DNA of 64,000 nucleotides, from the NCBI RefSeq assembly GCF_009914755.1, contig NC_060928.1; one strand, given 5' to 3'. The position numbers and the translations under genes were made by a program. This stretch comes from the human T2T-CHM13v2.0 reference genome, Homo sapiens. Shown here in pieces: positions 45,575-59,666 of the stretch; position 1 is the stretch's first letter, and every line of letters begins with the position of its first letter. The notes beneath the pieces were generated by a model, which was not told the DNA's origin, did no database searches, and worked only from the letters and a program-made list of their open reading frames with translations.

Positions 45575-47722
45575 GTTGATGGGAATATGGTGGAATAGAA
45601 AGCTCCAGGAAATTTGTTTCCCCATCTAGTCAACAATTGCACTGGAAGAATCTGACTAATATAACTATTTCATAACTCTAGAGACTGTTGAAGACTTGTA
45701 ACTTCCAGAGAAAGGCTTGTAAGGTAAGTTGCTGTAAATTTTAGTCAATTTCAACTTTTAGCAAAGTAGCTGTTACCCATCCCCCACTCCTCAACAATCC
45801 TAGGGGAAGATGCAGGCTCAGAAAAGACCTGGGAAGTCTTTTCTGAAGTTTACATCTCAGGTTCATTCTTGGTACAGACAGTTTATAGCAAAATAAATAA
45901 ATAAATAAAATAATAATAATAATATAAAAATGACAAAAACCACAGCAAGCTCTAGGAAACAGAGAGAATTTCATTTCCAGAATTATCACATCTTTAAATT
46001 CAAATGTCAAATTTCCAATAAAAAGTCATAAGGCATACAAAGAAAAAGGGAAAGTATGACCTATTCAAAGGAAAAAAATAAAGAGAAACTGTCCCACAAA
46101 TGGTGTGATTATAGAGATACTAGACAAAGACTTTAAAACAACTGTCCTACAGAAACTCAGATTACAAAAGAAAAATGTGAAAAATAATCAGGACAACATT
46201 GTATGAACAAAATGGAAATATCAATATTTCAGGAGAGAGAAAATCTAAAAAGAAACCAGAAAGAAATCCTGGAGATGTAAAGAAAAATAACCGATATAAA
46301 AATATACAAGAAGGATTCACAGGCTGATTTGAGCAGACCGAATAAAGGATCAGCAAACTAAAAGATATGACAATGCAAATTATCAAGTCTGAGGAACAGG
46401 AAGAAAAATATTGAAGCAAAGTCAGCAGAGCCTAAGAGACCTGTGGGATCCCATCAAGTAGAACAAAATATGCATTGTGGAGTTCCAGAAGGAGAAGAAT
46501 GAGAAAACGAGCACAGAGCATCTTTGAAGAAATAATGGTAGAAAACTTCCAAAATTTGATGAAAGACATTAATATAAACATCTAAAATCTCAATAAACTG
46601 TAGGTAAGATGAATTAACAGAAACCCACACAGAGAAATATTATAACCAAACATTTGTAAGAAAGATACAAAAAAACAGTATCTTCAAAGCAGCAAGAGAG
46701 AAGCAACTTGACACAAGGATCTTGAATAACATAATAAGCAGATTTTTTTTATCAGAAACTTTGAAGAGAGTGGACCAATATATTCAAATGTTAAAACAAA
46801 CAAACAAACAAAAGGCTGTAAAACAAGATTCTATATCTGGCAAAGTATTCTTCAAAAGTGTGGGAGAAATTAAGACATTTCCAGATAAAAGCCTAGGGAG
46901 TCTATTACCACTAGATCTGTGCTGAAAAAAAAATGCTTAAGAAAGTTCAGCAGATTGAAATGAAAGGACACTAGGCAGTAACTTAAAATCATACAAATGA
47001 AATAAAGATCTCAATAAATGTAAATACATGGGCAATTATACAATTATAAAAGCTAGTATTGTTATAAGAACAGATTATAGTTCCAATTTTTTGCTTTCTA
47101 CATAATTTATGGCACCGATATGTTAGAAAAAATTATTCTAAAAGCTAGTGTTATTGTAACGTTAAGAAACGAATACATTAAAAAGAATTACTGGCTTATA
47201 TTCTTGGGTGCACAATGCATAAAGATGTCATTAATGATATAAACAACCCAAAGGGATAGGGATGAAGCTGTAATGAGAAGAACTTTTGTATGGTATTGAA
47301 ATTCAACTGGTATAAATTCAAATTAGGTTGTCGTAATTATAAAATGCTAATTGTAATCTCTGTGGTAACCACAATGAAAATAGCTATAGAATATACAGAA
47401 GGAAATTTGAAACGAATTTAAATATTTCTTTACAAAAAAACACACAAAAGAAAGCAATAATACAGAAATGTGACAAACAAGCTATAAGTCATGGAAAACA
47501 AATAACAAAAAGACAAAAGTAAATCACTGCTTATCAGTAATTACTTTGAGTGTAAATAAACTCTAATCAAAGGAGAGTGGCAGAATAGATACAAAGAAAT
47601 TATCTAATTATATATTGTTTACACAAGACTCACTTTAGATCCAAATACATAATAATATATAAATACAAATGCATAAGTAGATTAAATCTGAAAGGACTAA
47701 AAAATATATTCTACACAATTAG
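45575..47722 (+). mobile_element. Old L1M 5' region, ORF1 remnant and ORF2 start
   Basis: L1M 5'-like start (aatatggtggaatagaaagctcc), ORF1 motifs (cagagcctaagagacctgtggga; gcagcaagagagaagc), ORF2 start motifs (ttatcagtaattactttgagtgtaaat; acaagactcactttagat). Confidence 0.7.
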
Positions 47723-48217
47723 CAGCTGGCACATGGCAGATATTTAATAGAGGATATCTTTAACATTGTTTATCATTCCTAGGCATGACCACTAATTATT
47801 GCAGACTTCCAGAAGGTGTGTGGCTTATGCCTACCTTCATTCTAGAGGCATGCACCTGGATGCACCTGAGGGAGGAGTGGGAACAACTCCTGACACTTTT
47901 GAATTCCTCCCACCTCCCTGTTGCACCCCCTCTCCCTGAGCCAGATATGATTCACCTCTGCCAAGCCAAGGGGGAGCTAGGGTAGGATCAGTGAGTCCCC
48001 CTCAAGTTGGCTGCAGTTCTAGGCCTCTGAGTCACCTTCATGTTTAGTTAAATATGAAAAGCATTCTAGCCATTTTAATTACTGGGCGTTGCATAAACCA
48101 GCAACCAGTTCATACAGAGGAACAACAGACAATAAATAATTTTTCAACATGCTTCAGCCTCTCCCTTTTTTTCCCCCTGAAATCGTTCCCCAATCACTGA
48201 CTCCCAGGTACTCCAGC

Positions 48218-48745
48218 TGAAAACAAGGTCTTGAAGCAGTATTTGTGTACCCATGCTCATAGCAGCATTATTCACAATAGCTAAAATGTGGATCCAACCC
48301 AAATGTTCACTAACAGATGAATAGATTTACAAACTGTGGTATATACTTACAATGGAATGTTATTCAGCCTTATAAAGAAAGTTCTGCTAGATGTCACAAT
48401 ACTGATGAATCTTGAAGACATTATACTAAGTGAAATAAGCCAGTCACAGAAAGAAAAATATTATTTTATTCCACTTATATGATACATGTAGAGTAATCAA
48501 AATCCTGGAGACAGAAAGTAGAGTGATGGTTACAAGGGGCTGGGAGCAGGTGAAAACGGGGAGGTATTGTTTAAAATGCAAGAGATTTATTTTCACAACA
48601 TAAAAAGAGTTATGGAGATGGATGGTGGTGATGGCTGCACAATATTGTAAATGCGTTTAATACCACTGAACTGGACACTTAAAAATGGTTAAGATGGTAA
48701 ATTTTATGTTATGTATATTTTACAACAATGAAAAAGGGAAAAGAG
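48218..48745 (+). mobile_element. L1MB-type 3' end
   Basis: ccatgctcatagcagcattattcacaatagc...taagtgaaataagccagtcacaga...cacttaaaaatggttaagatggtaaattttatg. Confidence 0.8.
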
Positions 48746-49639
48746 ATTTACTGTTTGATAGGTCTTAAACTGCATATTAAAAATTTAAACATTTGACTTC
48801 TGTTGGTTTTATTGGAAATAAAATATTTTTCTTTAAAAATTTGCTATCTTGATATCCAGTGCATAGGACATCATGAGAGATTCATGAGACATTTCAATGT
48901 TCAATTAAGATATATCTAAGCTAATTAGTCTCTTTATGATATTAACACAATATTATTGCATTACAATTGTTACAATGTTAACTAAGTATTAACTATTATA
49001 GCAGTAAACTTTCAAGTTAATAAAAATATATTAAAGTTACAACCATATTTCTTTTAATTATCTTCCATTTATTTATGTTGTTTTTGTTAGTTTGGGGATT
49101 TGTGCTGAGAAGTTAACAAATTCTTATCTTTTCCCTTTCCCATTTTCCTGGTTCGTGTATCAGAAATTATTTTTTTCTCACAATAGTTCAGATTTATTTC
49201 AACCTTCTATCTCATATTATAATATCTTAATATCTTGTTCAACTAAGCTCCCTTCCTTCTTGATACTGTATCAGACATATTCCTCAAGATGCACCTTTGC
49301 TTTTGATCCTCCTGATATCTTCCTCCAGATTCACAGCTTTTATCACACTGAGATTCAGAATATGTTTCCAGTTTACTTCTATTGTTGTTAGATTTCATTT
49401 GCTGATGCTAAGCAACACTATTTCTGCAAATATTTCACCTTCAGACTTAGAAATGGTTTCTCAGGCCTAAAAAAATAACTCATGCACCTCAACCACATTT
49501 TAAACAAGAGATGCGTTAGTATCAAACTACGAAGTAGATTTGAGAAATAACACAAATTCTGCCTTAAGTTCGGTAGCCTCTAGCTCCACATTGCCTAGTA
49601 GGGTAACCAATAACAAGAAGGTATATAGAAAGGTTAAAC

Positions 49640-49957
49640 TGAAAAAAACAAAATGAAATGAAAAAGTAAAATATAAATACAGTTGAAATAATTCCAATAC
49701 AATTTGTATATGGCCTGAGATGTGTTCAAACTGTAAAATACACACTGGATTTTAAAAACTTAGTGTGAAAAAAGAATGTGAAACATCTCATTAATAACAT
49801 TCTTATTGAGTATATATTTGAGAATACTTTTGATGCAGTGGATTAAATAACAATCTTATTAAAAGTTTTTACCTTTTTCATTTTGCTTTTTTAAATGTGT
49901 CTAGAAAATATAAAGTTAAATATATGGCTCACACTGTATTTCTATCAGACAGTCCTG
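49640..49957. mobile_element. MER33-like hAT-Charlie DNA transposon fragment
   Basis: tgtaaaatacacactggatttt...atggctcacactgtatttctatcagacagtcctg terminus. Confidence 0.65.
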
Positions 49958-50954
49958 TCCTGGCTAAATCAGTTCAGTCCTTATTTTTAAATAAAATAAT
50001 TATAATGATTACTTAACTACTAATATTTTTTATGAAATAAATATTGGAATAATGAAAATAATAATCATAGAATATTTTTAGTATCATAGAATATGTATAT
50101 TTTATAGTTAAATCTAAATTTTAGAAGCCATGTTGCTAATATGGAATATCTATCCCCATAATTTCACTAATTTTTAATTATGAACAATTTTTTTAATGAA
50201 AGATATGATTTTTGTTAATAAAGACTTATGTGAAAATGCTACATAAATTTGGAAGAGGAGATCTAGATAGATAAAATCTGTGCAGTATCCTACATAATAT
50301 TTACAGTGATCCTGAATATGTTAAATATTAGAAAAGAACAAAATGTGTGCTCTGTGTGTGTATACATGTTAAATGTAGGTATACATATATTTAAGTTATA
50401 TATTAATATACATATAAGTATACTAATATATAATATTATGTAATATACATATTATAGATTTATATATATGAATTGTATATATAAAATTTAAATATGTGTG
50501 TATATATATCTATATATGTAATTAGCTCTTAAGAGGCTAAATTGTCTAGCGTCTTGCTCAATTTTCTTTTCTTCTTAACATATCATTTTCGTTTTCTATA
50601 GAAAGCATGATCATTAGGACTAAAGAAGTTTTACTCTGGAAAGTTAATTTCTTAGAGTTATTTTGTATGTATCATCACTTGAAATGCTCACAATAGAATA
50701 TTATGAATGGAAAGAAAATGACTTAGAGAACTGCACCTTAAAAGTAATTTTATGCTGATGATTTTAGTTAAAAGTCACATATATGTGTGTCATATATAAT
50801 CACATATATAAATACAAACATTTTATTTCATTCTCATATATATGTATAAGTCTGTCCTCTGTAATATCTTTATTGATTAAATGATTCACACAGAAACTTT
50901 ATGAATTTTACTACATTAGCAAAAATGAAGATCACCAATTTCATAAAAAGAAAA

Positions 50955-51170
50955 ACTAGGGTGACTATAGTTAGCAACAATGTGTTGAATATTTCACAGC
51001 AGCTAAAAGAGACGATTTGTAATATTCCCAATACATAAACATGCTAAATGCTCAAGGTGATGGATGTTCCAAATGCTCTGACTTGATCATTATACATTCT
51101 GTGAGTGCAATAAATACTCATATGTACCCAATAAATATGTAAAATAATATGTATCAATAAATATAAAATA
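50955..51170 (+). mobile_element. L1MA-type 3' terminal fragment
   Basis: agggtgactatagttagcaacaatg...aggtgatggatg...ctgacttgatcattatacatt...tatgtatcaataaa. Confidence 0.75.
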
Positions 51171-51830
51171 ATTGACATATGAAGTGAGATGATTTGTTGG
51201 GTATTAATGCAGACCTAGAACTGGATATATCATATATATTAAAAAATACATGGTTTAGAAAATTGATGATGTGTATTTCGAATACATTCCCACTTTGTAT
51301 TAAGCCCCTGTATTCATATTATTGATACATACATTTCCCTCAGGCACTTTGCTTGATCAATATTTGGGGTCCTTGAGCAATACCAAATAAAGAACTCTAT
51401 TTTTATCATTAATAATTTATGTAAGAATAGAAATTATTTTGTATGTTTAAACCATTGCTATTCTTTTAAAATTTATTTTATATATGAAGAATACAAATGA
51501 GCATATCATTCTAGACATGAAGAGCTAATATATAAGCCTTATTTTAAGGCAATCAATCTAACTTACCTTTTGGTGATTTAATGTTAGCTTAGTAAGGACA
51601 AGAAACTTATACCCAGAGAATAGGAAGAAAACCCATTCAAGGTAACAGAAAACTGAATGTAGCTATGATAATAACTTGTAGCATACTGTGAATTTCAGTT
51701 TGAGTTAAAAAATATGATTCTCTTTTCCATAGACTGTTAAGAATTATGATCTTGCTTGATCTTCTAGCGTGAAATTGAGTGAGACATACATGTCTATAAG
51801 TCAGCAAATTAAGACTTAGGAAATAAATAC

Positions 51831-52192
51831 TGCCTTAGCCTGCTCAGCTTCCCATAGCAAAATACCATAGGCTGGGTGGCTTAAACAATGGAAATTTATT
51901 TTCTCATAGTTCTGGGGACTTGAAGTTCAAGAACAAGGTGCTGGCTGATTTGGTTCCTGGTGAAGGCTCTCGTCTTAGCTTGTAGATGGATGCCTTCTTG
52001 CTGTGCTCTCACATGGCCTTTGTATGTACACAGAGAGAGAGAGAGAGAGAGGAAGAGAGAGAGACAGAGGCAGAAAGGGACAGGAGAGACGTATCTCATC
52101 TCTTCACTTTCTTAAGAGGTCACTGGTCTTATTGGATTAGGGCCCCACCTTGTGGCCTCTCATTTAACCTTAATTACCTTTTATAGACCCTA
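51831..52192 (-). mobile_element. MLT1B-like MaLR LTR
   Basis: aaaataccataggctgggtggcttaaacaa...ttattttctcatagttctgg...attggattagggcccca. Confidence 0.75.
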
Positions 52193-52199
52193 CTGTTAC

Positions 52200-53110
52200 A
52201 TGTTATAAATGGGTGATGGATTTTGTCAAATGCTTTTTCTGCATATATATAATTGTGTGATTTTTTTTCTAGCCTGTTCTTATAATAAATTATATTGATT
52301 TTTTTGAATGTCGAACCAACCTTGCATATCAGGGATGAATTCCACTTAGTTGCTGTGTATAATTTGTCTTGTATATTGTTGGATTGTATTTGGTAATATT
52401 TTATTGAAATTTTTGCATCTATATTCATGATCTAAATTGACCTGCGGTTTATTTAATGCAATTGCCTGTCTTTCATATTAAAGTAATGCTGGCCCTGTAA
52501 AATGAGTTAGTAAATGTGCTATCTGTTTGATTTTCTAAAAAAAATTACTAACAATTGATGTAATCTCTTCCTTAATGGTTCGGTAGAATTACAACTGAAC
52601 CCATTTAAGCCTTGTTGCTCTCTAATTTGGAAATATATTAATTATTCGTTAAATTTTTAATATAATTATGTCTACAAATGTAGTCTATTTCTTCTTGTGT
52701 AAGTTTTGACAAATTGTGCCTTAAGCAATTGGTTTATTTCACCTAGGTTGTCAAATTTATTAGAATAGAGTTGTTCATAGTACTCCTTAGTTACCTTTTT
52801 AATGGTCATAGAATCTGTAGCAACGTTTCCTTTTTCATTACTGACATTAGTAATTTCTGTCTTCTCTCTTTTGTCTTTAATTAGCCTGACTAGAGGCTTA
52901 TTGATTTAACTGATAATTTAGAGAAACATATTTTCATTTCATTGATTTTCTCTATTAATTCTCTATTTTTGATTTCATTGATTTCTACTTTCATTCTTAA
53001 TATTTCTTTTTTCTTCTTGCATTTGATTTAATTTGCTTTTTCTAAATTTCTAAGGTAGTAACTTAGATTGTTGATTTTAGACTTCTCTTCTTAAATTATG
53101 GGCATACAAT
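52200..53110 (-). mobile_element. Old L1M ORF2 fragment
   Basis: Reverse translation MNIDAKI...AEKAFDKI (ORF 52174-52428). Confidence 0.75.
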
Positions 53111-53124
53111 TGATGATTTTTTCA

Positions 53125-53690
53125 ACAAACAAAAATTTTATACATTTTTAATTTACAATGTAATTATTTGATGTATACACATTATCAAATGAGTAAATAA
53201 AGCTAATTAATGTATTCATCTCTTCACACATTTATCACTATTTTTGTGGTAAGAACATTTAAGATCTTTCCTCTTAGCAATTTTCAAGTATACATTATCA
53301 AATATAATCACCATGCCGCACAGTAGATCTCCAGAATATATTCATCCTGTCTAACTGAAACTTTGTACTCTTTGATCAACATTTCCTCATTTTCCCTTCC
53401 CCTCAGGCCCCAGCAGCCACCATTCTACTTTCTACTTCTCTGAGTGACTTTTTTAGATTCCACATATAAAGGAGATCATGAGGCATTTGTCTTTCTGTGT
53501 CTGGTTCTTTTAACTTACCATAATGTCCTCCACATTCACCATGTGGCAGGATTTCCTTTTTTTTCAGTTCCCTATTATTTATTTACTTATTTTTTCTTTT
53601 TCTTTTTCTCTCTTTTCAGGATTCTCTTTTTATAAGGCTGAATAATATTCTATTGCATTTGTGTGTCGGGGCGGTGGGTGTGTATGTGTT

Positions 53691-53749
<59 letters not shown>

Positions 53750-54312
53750 CTGCAATAAACGTATCTCCTTGAGGTACTAATTTTATTTCCTTTGTATATA
53801 TGCATAGCAGTAGGATTGACTGATCATCTGATAGTTCTGTTTTTAATTTTTGGGGAAATCTTCATATTGTTTTCATAGTGGCTATACCAATTTACTTTAC
53901 ATCAGCAGTGCTGCAGCGTTCCCTTTTCTCTACGTCCTTGCCAAAATGTACCTCTTATCTTTTTTGTAATAGCCATTCTTAACAGTGTTAGGTAATATCT
54001 CATTCTGCTTTTGACTTGTGTTTATCTAATGATTAATGATGTGAGCATTTTTCATACTCCAGTTGGCCATCTGTATGTCCTCTTTGAAGAAATGTCTATT
54101 TAGGTTATTTGCCCATTTTTCAATTGGCTTGTTTTCTTGCTATTGAGTTCCTTCTATATTTAGACATATTTAGACATATTTAGATATATGGCTTGCAAAT
54201 ATTTTCTACAATTTGTAATTTGTCTCTTCGTTCTGTTGATTGTTTTCTTTGCTGTGTAGAAGCTTTTAAGTTTGATGCTGTCTCATTCGTCTATTATTAC
54301 TGTGGTTGCCTT
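53125..54312 (-). mobile_element. L1MA-type 3' region with (TA)n at about 53699-53743
   Basis: tttgtggtaagaacatttaagatc...tagatctccagaa...ttagattccacatata. Confidence 0.75.
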
Positions 54313-54314
54313 TG

Positions 54315-57300
54315 ACTGCCCAACTAGTGAACATTGTACCCAATAAGTAATTTGTCAAACTTTACCCCCTCTCACTCTGCCACATTATGGAATGTCCAGT
54401 GTCTATTATTTCATTCTGTATGACCATGGGTATGCATTGTTTAGCTCCCATTTATATGTGAAAACAAGCAATATTTGACTCTTTGTTTCTGAGTTTTTTA
54501 ACTTAGGATAATGGCCTTTAATTCCATCTATGCTGTTGCAAAAGACATGATTTCATTATTTTCTATGGCTGAGTAGTACTCCATGGTATGTGTGTATATA
54601 TACATATATATATCTCTCACATTTTTTTAATCCAATCATCAGTTGATGGACACTTAGGTTGATTCCATGTCTCAGCTGTTGTGAATAGTACTACACTAAA
54701 CATATAAGTACAGGTGTCTTTTGGATATAATTATTTCCTTTTTTTTTTGAGATGGATTGTCACTCTGTCACCCAGGCTGGAGTGCAGTGGTGCAATCTTG
54801 GCTCACTGCAGCTTCCTCTGCCTCCTGGGTTCAAGCCATTCTCCTGCCCCAGCCTCCTGAATAGCTGGGATTACAAGCATGCACCACGACACCCAGCTAA
54901 TTTTTGTATTTTTAACAGAGACGGGGTTTCACCATGTTGGCCAGGCTGGTCTCAAACTCCTGATCTCAGGTGAGGAGTCTGCCTGCCTGCCTGCCTGCCT
55001 TGGCCTCCCAAAGTGCTGAGATTACAGGTGTCAGCCATCACACTTGGCCAATACAATGATTTATTTTCCTTTAGGTAGATGCCCAGTGGTGGGATTGCTG
55101 GGTTGAATGATGATTATATTTTTAGTTATTTGAGAAATTTTCATACTCTTTTCCATGGAGGTTGTACTCATTTACATTCCCACAAACAGTTTATAAGTAT
55201 TCCCTTTTCTCTACATCCTTGCAAACATCTGTTTTTATTTCTTTGACTTTTTAATAATAACCATTCTGACTGGTGAAAGATAGTATCTCATTGTGGTTTA
55301 ATTTGCATATCTCTGATGATTAGTGATATTGAGCTTTTTTTCTGTTTTTTGGCTGCCTCTATGTCTTCTTCTGAAAAATGTCTGTTCATGTACTTTGCCT
55401 ACTTTCTAATAAGGTTATTTGTTCTTTTTTTCTTGTTGAGTCATTTTGAGATCCTCCTAGATTCTGGATGTTAGCTCTTGGTTGAAAGCATAGTTTTCAA
55501 ATATTTTCTCCAGACTACACATGTAGTCTGTTTACTTTGGTAATTATTTCTTTTGTTGTGAAAAAGCTTTTAGTTTAGTTAGGTCTCATTTGTCTATTTT
55601 TTTTTTTTGTCGTTGCATTTGCTTTTAAGGATTTAGTAAATTTTTTGCCTAGGCCAATGTCAAGAAGAGTTTTCCCTAGGTTTTCTTCTAGGATTTTTAT
55701 AGCTACAGGTCTTACATTTAAGTGTTTACTTGATCTTGAATTAATTTTTCTATATGGTAAGAGATATGCATCCAGTTTCATTTTTGTATATGGATATCCA
55801 ATTTTCCTAGCACAATTTATTGAATAGGGTGTCATTTACCCAGTGTGTATTTTTATCGAATTTGTCAAAATTAGTTGGTTGCAGGCATGTGACTTTCTTT
55901 CTGGGTTCTCAATTTTGTTCCATTTATCTATGTGTATATTTTCATACTAGTACCATGCTATTTTGGTTACTATAGCCTGGGAGTATAGTTTGTAGTTGGA
56001 TAATGTGATGCCTTTGGCTTTGTTATTTTGTTTAGGGTTGTTTTGACTATTCAGGTTCTTTTTTGGGTCCATATAAATTGTAGAATTCTTTTTCTTTTAC
56101 CAATTCTCAAAAAATGACATTGGTGATTTGATAGAAATAATGTTGAATCTGACTACTTTGAGTAGTATGGCCATTTTAATAATATTGATTCTTCCAAACC
56201 ATGAGCTTGGGATGTTTTTCTATTTATTTTTGTCATCTATGATTTATCTCAGTGTTTTGTATTTCTCCTTGTAAAAATCTTTGACCTCCTTGTTTAAATG
56301 TATTCCCAGATCTTTTTTGTAACTATTATAAGTGTAATTGCCTTCTTGATTTGGTTCTCAGCTTGATTATAATTATTGTATAGAAATGTTATTGATATTG
56401 GTACAATGTTTTTGTACCCTGGAACTTTACTAAATTCATGTATCAAATCTGAGAGTCTTTTGGAGAAATCTGTAGGGGTTTTCTAGGTATAAGATTATGT
56501 CATCAGTGACCAGAGATAATTTGACTTTGTTTTTTCAAATTTGAATGCCTTTTATTTCTTTCTGTTGTCTAATTGCTCTAACTGGGACTACCAGTACTAT
56601 GTTGAATTGGAGTGGTAAACATGGGGATCCTTGTCTTTTCCCCATTCTTAGGAGAATGTTTTCAACTTTTCCCTGTTCAGTATGACATTGGCTGTGGGTT
56701 TGTCATACTCGTTACTATATTTTAAGGTATGTTTCTTTGATGTCTAGTTTTTTGAGGGTTTTTATTAAAAAAGAATGCTCAATTGTATTGAATGCTTTTT
56801 CTGCATCTATTAAGATAATAACATCTTTTTTGCTTTTACTTCTGTTTATGTGGTGAATCACATTTATTGCTTTGTGCATGTTGAGTCTTCCTTGCTTCTC
56901 TGGAGTATAAAACTCATTTGATCCTGTGTTTAGTTTATTTGATGTGCTGTTGGATTTGGTTTGCTAGTATTAGCTGAGGATTTTTGCCTCCATGTTCACG
57001 TGATAGCAGTCTATCAATTTTGTTTATCTTTTCAAAGAACTCATTGATTAAAAGAATTTTTTTTTGATTCAGTAACATTTAGTTCTGCTGTAATCTCTGC
57101 AATTTCCTCTGCTGAACTTGGGTTTGGTTCATTCTTGCTTTTTTCTAGTTCCCTGAGGTACAACATTAGGTTGTTCATTTAAGATTATTCTTTTTCATGG
57201 AGGCATTTAACACTATAAACTTCCCTCTTTGTATTGCTTTTGCCGTGTCCCAGAGAATTTGGTATGCTGTGTCTCTATTTTTGTTCATTTCAAAACATTT

Positions 57301-57640
57301 TTAATTTATGCCTTAATTTTATCATTGATACAAATATTCAGGAGTAGGTTGTTTAGTTTCCATGTATTTGTATAATTTTGAGAGTTCCTCATGGTATTGG
57401 TCCCACTTTTATTTCACTGTTGTCCAAAAATATGCTTCATAAAATTTTGATTTTTTTAAGTTACAGAGACTTGCTTTTTTGCCAAGCATATGGGCAATTT
57501 TAGAGAATGTTTCACACATAAATAAGAAGAGTATATGTTCTGTGGCTGTTGGGTAGTATGTTCTATAAGTGTCTGTTAGGTTAATTTGGTCTAAAGTCCA
57601 ATTTAATTCCAAAATTTCTTTGTTGATTTCCTGCCTGTTA
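54315..57640 (-). mobile_element. L1PB-type element (3'UTR plus ORF2 remnants, internally deleted near 57000)
   Basis: gtgaacattgtacccaataagtaattt...ttagctccca; reverse ORFs 55575-55835 and 57409-57612 are ORF2-like. Confidence 0.8.
54739..55049 (-). mobile_element. AluS (Sx/Sq-like) SINE with an internal (GCCT)n expansion
   Basis: Dimeric Alu; gtctgcctgcctgcctgcctgcct at about 54977-55000. Confidence 0.9.
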
Positions 57641-57853
57641 ATTTCATCATCTCTGTCACTTCTGGGTGTTTTAATTGACTATTTTTCTTTATCTTCTGAC
57701 TCTTATTTTTCTGATTCTTTGCCTATATAGTTATTCTTGATTGGGTTCTAATGTGCATAAATTCCACAAATGTTGAATTATTGAATAGTTTATCATTATT
57801 CCTGAGTTGCAACTATCCGAGATATCTACTAGAGATTTTTTAGAATTTGACAT

Positions 57854-58725
57854 TGTTATTAGTCCATTTTCATACTGTTATGAAGAAATACATAAGACCG
57901 GGTAATTTATAAAGAAAAAGAGGTTTAATGGACTCACAGTTCCACATAGCTGGGGAGGCCTCACAATCATGGCAGAAGGCAAAGGAGGAGCAAAGCCGCA
58001 TCTCATGTGGTGGCAGGTAAGATAGCATGTGCAGGGGAACTGCCCTTTTACAAAATCAGCAGTTCTACTGAAATTTATTCATCATCATAAGAACAGCATG
58101 GGATCCCCCCCAACCCCCGCCATGATTCAATTACCTCCCATTGGGTACCTCCCATGACACGTGGGGATTATGGGAGCTACAATTCAATATGAGATTTGCG
58201 TGGGGACACAGTCAGTCCATAGCATTTAACCATTGGCCCCTCGCAAATTGCATGTTCTCACATTTCAAAACCAGTCATGTCTTTCCAACAGTCCCCCAAA
58301 GTCCTAACTCATTTCACCATTAATTCAAAAGTCCACAGTCCAAAGTTTCATCTGAGACAAGGCAAGTTCCTTCCTCCTATGAGCCTGCAAAATCAAAAGC
58401 AAGTTAGTTACTTCCTAGATACAATGAGGGTATAGGCATTGGGTAAATATACCCTTTCCAAATGGGAGAAAATGGCCTCAACAAAGAGGCTACAGGCTCC
58501 ATGCAAGTCCGAAATACTGTAGGGCAGTCATTAAACCATAAACCTCCAAAATGATCTCCTTTGACTTTGTATCTCACATCCAGGTTTCACTGATGCAAGA
58601 TATTGGCTCCCAGGGCCTTGGGCAGCTTCACCCTGTGGCTTTGGAGGGTATAGCTGCTTTCACAGGGGAAATGGGAGCTACAATTCAAGATGAGATTTGG
58701 GTGGGGGCACAGCCAAACCATATCA
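57854..58725 (-). mobile_element. Internally deleted THE1C/D-like MaLR element
   Basis: LTR 57854-58224, internal to about 58660, then only the terminal ~60 bp of the other LTR (…gccaaaccatatca); TSD GACAT/GGCAT. Confidence 0.85.
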
Positions 58726-59204
58726 GGCATCATCTTTCCATTCATGCTTGTCAAAACTCAAACATATGAAGTAGAGTATGCGCTCAAAGTTTTACATAGG
58801 AAATAAATAGTTAAGTATAATTCATTTTATTCTTCCAAAACAGTATTAAGGGTTTAATGTAAGAGGTAGATCTAATCAGTACAAATATTTCAAAGGTATT
58901 TTACTGAGAAAATAATACATTAATTTACTTTCTGAAGTTTATGGTAAAGTAAAATAATATACATAGGAAACAAGAAAGAGAAATCAGGAAAACTTAACAT
59001 AGAAATGTGAAGCATTGCCTCAGCATTAAAGCAAATAGAGTTTAGAAAAACTTTTAAATTTACCTATAATAAAATTTAGTACTTTTGGTTTCTAGTTTTA
59101 TGGGATTTAACAAACACATGCTAACATATAATTACAAACAAAATCAAGATACAGGACAGTTCCAGTACCCCAAAAGTAACTTGCTTTAACACACATGCAT
59201 GCAC

Positions 59205-59666
59205 AGATACCTTTTATAGTTTTAGAGAGTCAAAATCCAAAGTAGATCTCACTAGGCTAAAATCAAGATGTTGTCAGGGTAGTTCTTTCTGGATGCCCTA
59301 GGGGAGAATCTTCTATCTTTCCTTTTTCAGGTTTTAGAGTTCATCTGCATTTTTGTCACATGGTCTCATTCCACCATTTCCAAGCTAGCAAATTTGGGCT
59401 GAGCTCTTTTCATATGACTATCTTCTGGTTGTGAGAGTTCTAACTTCCATCTTTTAAGGAGTCTGTTGATTACATTGGGCGTGCCTGGATAATTCAGAAT
59501 GTCCTTCTGTTTTAAGATATTCGATTTAATCACACCTGAGAAATTCCTTCTATCATGTTGCATAGTGGTTGCAACATATGTTTGCATATTGTGAACTTGT
59601 GAGACTGGAGATTTGGACATGAACTTCCTTGGGGGGTGGGAGGAAGGCATTACTCTGCTTACCACA
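59205..59666 (-). mobile_element. MLT1D/E-like MaLR LTR
   Basis: ctcactaggctaaaatcaagatg...ggggagaatc...gattacattggg...tactctgcttaccaca. Confidence 0.7.
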
